The notes beneath the pieces are model-generated. The model did no database searches. It saw only the letters and a list, made by a program, of their open reading frames with translations, and was not told the origin of the DNA. The position numbers and the translations under genes are program-made. Below are positions 60,507 through 64,000 of a stretch of DNA of 64,000 nucleotides, one piece after another. How positions within the stretch are numbered: the stretch's first letter is position 1; every line of letters starts with the position of its first letter. The stretch comes from Podarcis melisellensis (lineage: Eukaryota): the NCBI GenBank assembly GCA_964234715.1, contig OZ174281.1. One strand, written 5' to 3'.

Positions 60507-62930
60507 CTGATGGGTTGCTGCCTCCTCCGTAACTGTGTTAGACTCACCTATGAGTAACACAGGGCCTGGCTTATCAGAAGCCTGCTGTGGTGTCAGAGTA
60601 TTGGTACAGCTTCCAATTGGAAAAAGAATCTGACTTTTCCGAGAGCCTGAAGTCAGTGAAACCTCATGGCAATAAGACTGAAGAAATGCCCGGACTCCGT
60701 CAATCCCCACAAACTGGGAGATGGGAGCACCATCAAAATGCACACTTCCATTGTCACACAACTGAGAATTTTTCCACCTGCGAAGTTTGAGTGCCAACAA
60801 CACAAGGAGGAAGGCGAGGAACAAGCAGGAGACAAAAGCCACTGCAGTCACCAAGTAGAAGGTGAGATCTGACTGAGGGTCTTCAGATACTGGGACACTG
60901 CTCAGATCAGTCAGCATGTCAGGGATGCTGTCAGCCAAGACCACAGTGACAGTGACTGAAGCTGACATTGGAGGCTGCCCATTGTCCTTGACTAAAACCA
61001 CCAGGCTTTGCTTGAGGGCATCTTTCTCCAGGAAGAAGCGGGCCGTCCTGATCTCTCCCGTGTGGAGCCCCAGAGTGAAGAGCCCTGGCTCAGTGGCCTT
61101 GATCAGCTGGTAGGAGAGCCAGGCATTCTGGCCAGAGTCTGCATCCACGGCCACCACCTTAGTGACCAGGTAGCCTGGCTCAGAGGAGCGAGGGGCCAGC
61201 TCTATCCCCGTGGAGCCGTCAGTGGGAGGAGAGGGGTACAGGATTTGGGGAGCATTGTCATTCTGGTCCAGGATGAAGAGAGTCACTGAGACGTTGGAGC
61301 TGAGTGGTGGAGAACCTCCATCCTGAGCCTTGACCAGGAACTTCATGTCCCTGATCTCTTCATAGTCAAAAGAACTCAGAGTATAGATGACCCCTGTCTC
61401 AGAGTTAATGGAGAGGTGGGAGCTAATAAGGAATTTGTCCATGTTCCCTTCAATTATGGAATAACTTATTCTGGCATTTTCCTCCCAGTCTGGATCATTT
61501 GCTTTTAAGGAAAATACTTGAGCTCCTCTTGGATTGTTCTCTGTAAAATAAGCCAAGTAAGATGGTTCTGCAAAAACAGGAGGGTTGTCATTTGTGTCTT
61601 GGATTTGAAGTAGGATAAAAGTTGATACAGAAAGTGGTGGAATTCCATGGTCAGTAGCTGTGATAGTGATGTTGTAGTCCGCTGTGCTCTCTCTGTCAAG
61701 GTTACTGTGTGTCACCAAACTATAAAAGTTATCAAAAGACTGTTTTAATTGGAAAGGGAGCTTACTGGGAATTGAACATGTGACCTCCCCATTGACCCCT
61801 GAATCTTCATCTTGAACATTTAGAAGGGCAATAACTGTTCCTATTGGTGAATTCTCAGAAATGGTATTGATGAAAAAGGTTATTGATAGTTCAGGTGCAT
61901 TGTCATTAACATCCGTAACAATTATCACAACTTTTGACCAGTCACTCAGCCCTCCTCCATCCTCAGCCTTCACCTCAAAGTCATAGGAGGATGATTCCTC
62001 ATAATCAAGGTTTCCCATTAAGGTAATTGTACCAGTTGTTGAGTTTAAAATAAACATTTTGGAATCCTTCTTTGTGATTTTTTTGAATGAATATTTTATC
62101 TCTCCGTTTTGTCCTTCATCCAGATCAGTAGCACTAACTGTAGCAATGCTGGACCCGTTCAGAATGTTCTCCTTGATGCTCATTTTATAGATTGGTTTGC
62201 TGAAAACAGGTGCATTGTCATTTGCATCTAAAACAATGACTTGGATGTTAGCAGTGCTGGACCTGACTGGATCGCCTCCATCAGTAGCTGTGAGGATCAG
62301 ATTGAAAACAGATTGCTCTTCCCGGTCCAGATTTTTCCCCAACACCAGCTCAGCAGATTTGGCACCATTTTCTTCAACTTGCACCTCCAGAGAAAAATGG
62401 CTACTGCCTGTGAGTTGGTAGGTCTGTATAGAATTTATCCCTAGGTCTGGATCCTGAGCTTCAGGCAGAGGGAACCGGGATCCGGCAGTAGATGCCTCAC
62501 TGATTTTCAGTTCCTGTTTCCCCGATGAGAACTGGGGAGCATTATCATTTATATCAATAATTTCCACTTGAACCCCATAGATCTCTATTTTGCTCTCAAC
62601 TATAACATCAAAACTTAAAACACACCTTTCTGCCCTTCCACAGACTTCCTCTCTGTCTATTCTCTGAGAGGTTTGTAAATGGCCACTGTTGTAATTCAAA
62701 GCAAAATACTGACTCGTACCTGTCCTGGTAACAATCCGTAGTCCATGGTCTGAAAGATGATTTCCATCCACTCCTAGATCCTTTGCAATATTCCCCACAA
62801 AAGAGCCTTTCTGCATCTCCTCAGGAATGGAATAATGAATCTTCCCAGAAACTATCTTCCAAGCAAGCACAATTATGAGGCATCGTAAGACCCTTTCTTT
62901 GCAGATCCACAGCCTCTGATTTTCTTCCAT
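60507..62930 (-). CDS. PCDHGA: Protocadherin gamma variable exon E10, gammaA-like sub-type Ac (808 codons)
   Basis: ORF 60495..62930; shares EC6-TM-tail with E9 but has divergent EC1-EC5; donor CAG|GTGAGC at 60507/60506. Confidence 0.93.
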
Positions 62931-63127
62931 TATCTTGCAACACTATCAATTCTAGGACTCAGGAGCTTCTGGGTTTTAAATTAGTGGTTTTTAAAAAATA
63001 AAAAAATAGAAGTCTCTGTTAACAGTGCCTACAATATCTGTGCAAGTTTGATGCATCAGATATTTTGTGCTTGTGTTTAAGAATACTGCAGCTGGGTTAG
63101 CTGAATATCTGTCTTCCTGTGCCAGAT

Positions 63128-63152
63128 TAGTGAACAGCGACACTCAGAGGCT
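63128..63152 (-). promoter_or_regulatory. CSE promoter element of E10 (canonical CGCT box)
   Basis: + strand tagtgaacAGCGacactcagaggct. Confidence 0.85.
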
Positions 63153-64000
63153 CAACTGAAAACTGGAGATTATTCTTCCTACATTGGTAGTCCTGTATTT
63201 GCCATTATAAAACAAATATTTTGCTTTAAGAATGGGCATAACACGAGTATAATTTTTTATAAGTAAAAAATTGCCCTAAAGACACAACATCAAACATTTA
63301 GACTTCAGATAAATTTGTACTGGTGGTTGTTGTTGGCTATTACATTTTTTTAAAAAACTAGACTGGTGTTTTAGGCATTTATTGACGACTCTGCATAAAA
63401 TAGTGTGTATAAGAGATTATTCACTTATTTTAATAAAATAGGACTAAATTCCATGCATGAACACCTATCTTAATTCATTGGCTTCAATCTTCAAAAGCCA
63501 GGCATCAGAGCCTTGAGAGCTATTTATTCTGATGCTCCACATTAGAATATCCTTCTATCATAGTTCACTAGATGGAATTACTATCTATTAAAGCATATAG
63601 AATTTTTGTCACTGATCTGATGTTTCCATCAGATTTGCCCAGTCTGTAGCAAATTTATTTCTGTACAAAGAAATAAAGGTTACTTTAAAATGTGTAGAAT
63701 TAGATGTGGGTCTTTTCTTCCTTAGCCTATGTAAATGTAGTTACGGTAGTTATGCTTAAACCCTTTCAGTGTAGAAATAGTTATGTCCATGGTGGAAGGA
63801 AGAAGTTTGTGTTCCAAGCTATACTGAAGGAATGGGTTTCTGTGTAGTAAGTTTAAAAACTGACTCAACCCCCCCCCTTTTGTTCTTTCAAAAGAGAGCA
63901 CTTTTAAATGCATAAAACTTGAACTGTTGAGCAAAACCATAATAAGGACACAACTGCATTTTCCCCCAGGGGAAAAACGAAAAAAAGGCCGGAACTTTAT

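Noticed and set aside
1-64000. Constant exons, tRNA/rRNA genes, CRISPR arrays or prokaryotic systems
   Set aside because: No QAPPNTDWRFSQ-type constant exon, structured RNA gene or repeat-spacer array was seen; the DNA is vertebrate.

Overview
Vertebrate genomic DNA from the variable region of a clustered protocadherin-gamma (Pcdhg) locus, transcribed on the minus strand. The host is most likely a squamate, probably a lacertid lizard, inferred from a Sauria-type SINE tail and the MITE/LINE families. There are ten intact large variable exons (E1-E10, numbered by increasing coordinate): four gammaB-like (E1, E2, E4, E8) and six gammaA-like, the latter in three sub-types (Aa = E3/E7, Ab = E5/E6, Ac = E9/E10). 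Each encodes signal peptide + six cadherin repeats + TM + variable cytoplasmic domain, ends in a phase-0 GTGAG splice donor, and has its own CSE-type promoter element about 200-240 bp upstream. A TM/cytoplasmic relic exon lies at ~52.2-52.6 kb. No constant exons are in the window; they are expected at lower coordinates. Intergenic DNA consists of nested segmental duplications with datable transposon insertions, and there is one assembly gap. I find no wholly new system. The most interesting signals are: (i) fine-scale patchwork shuffling among the gammaB paralogs across EC1-EC4; (ii) head/flank swapping among gammaA exons through a homogenised EC5-EC6-TM segment; (iii) six of ten promoter elements with a CpG-less CACT box instead of CGCT; (iv) a 7-aa cytoplasmic-domain deletion in four exons whose longer state survives in the relic.
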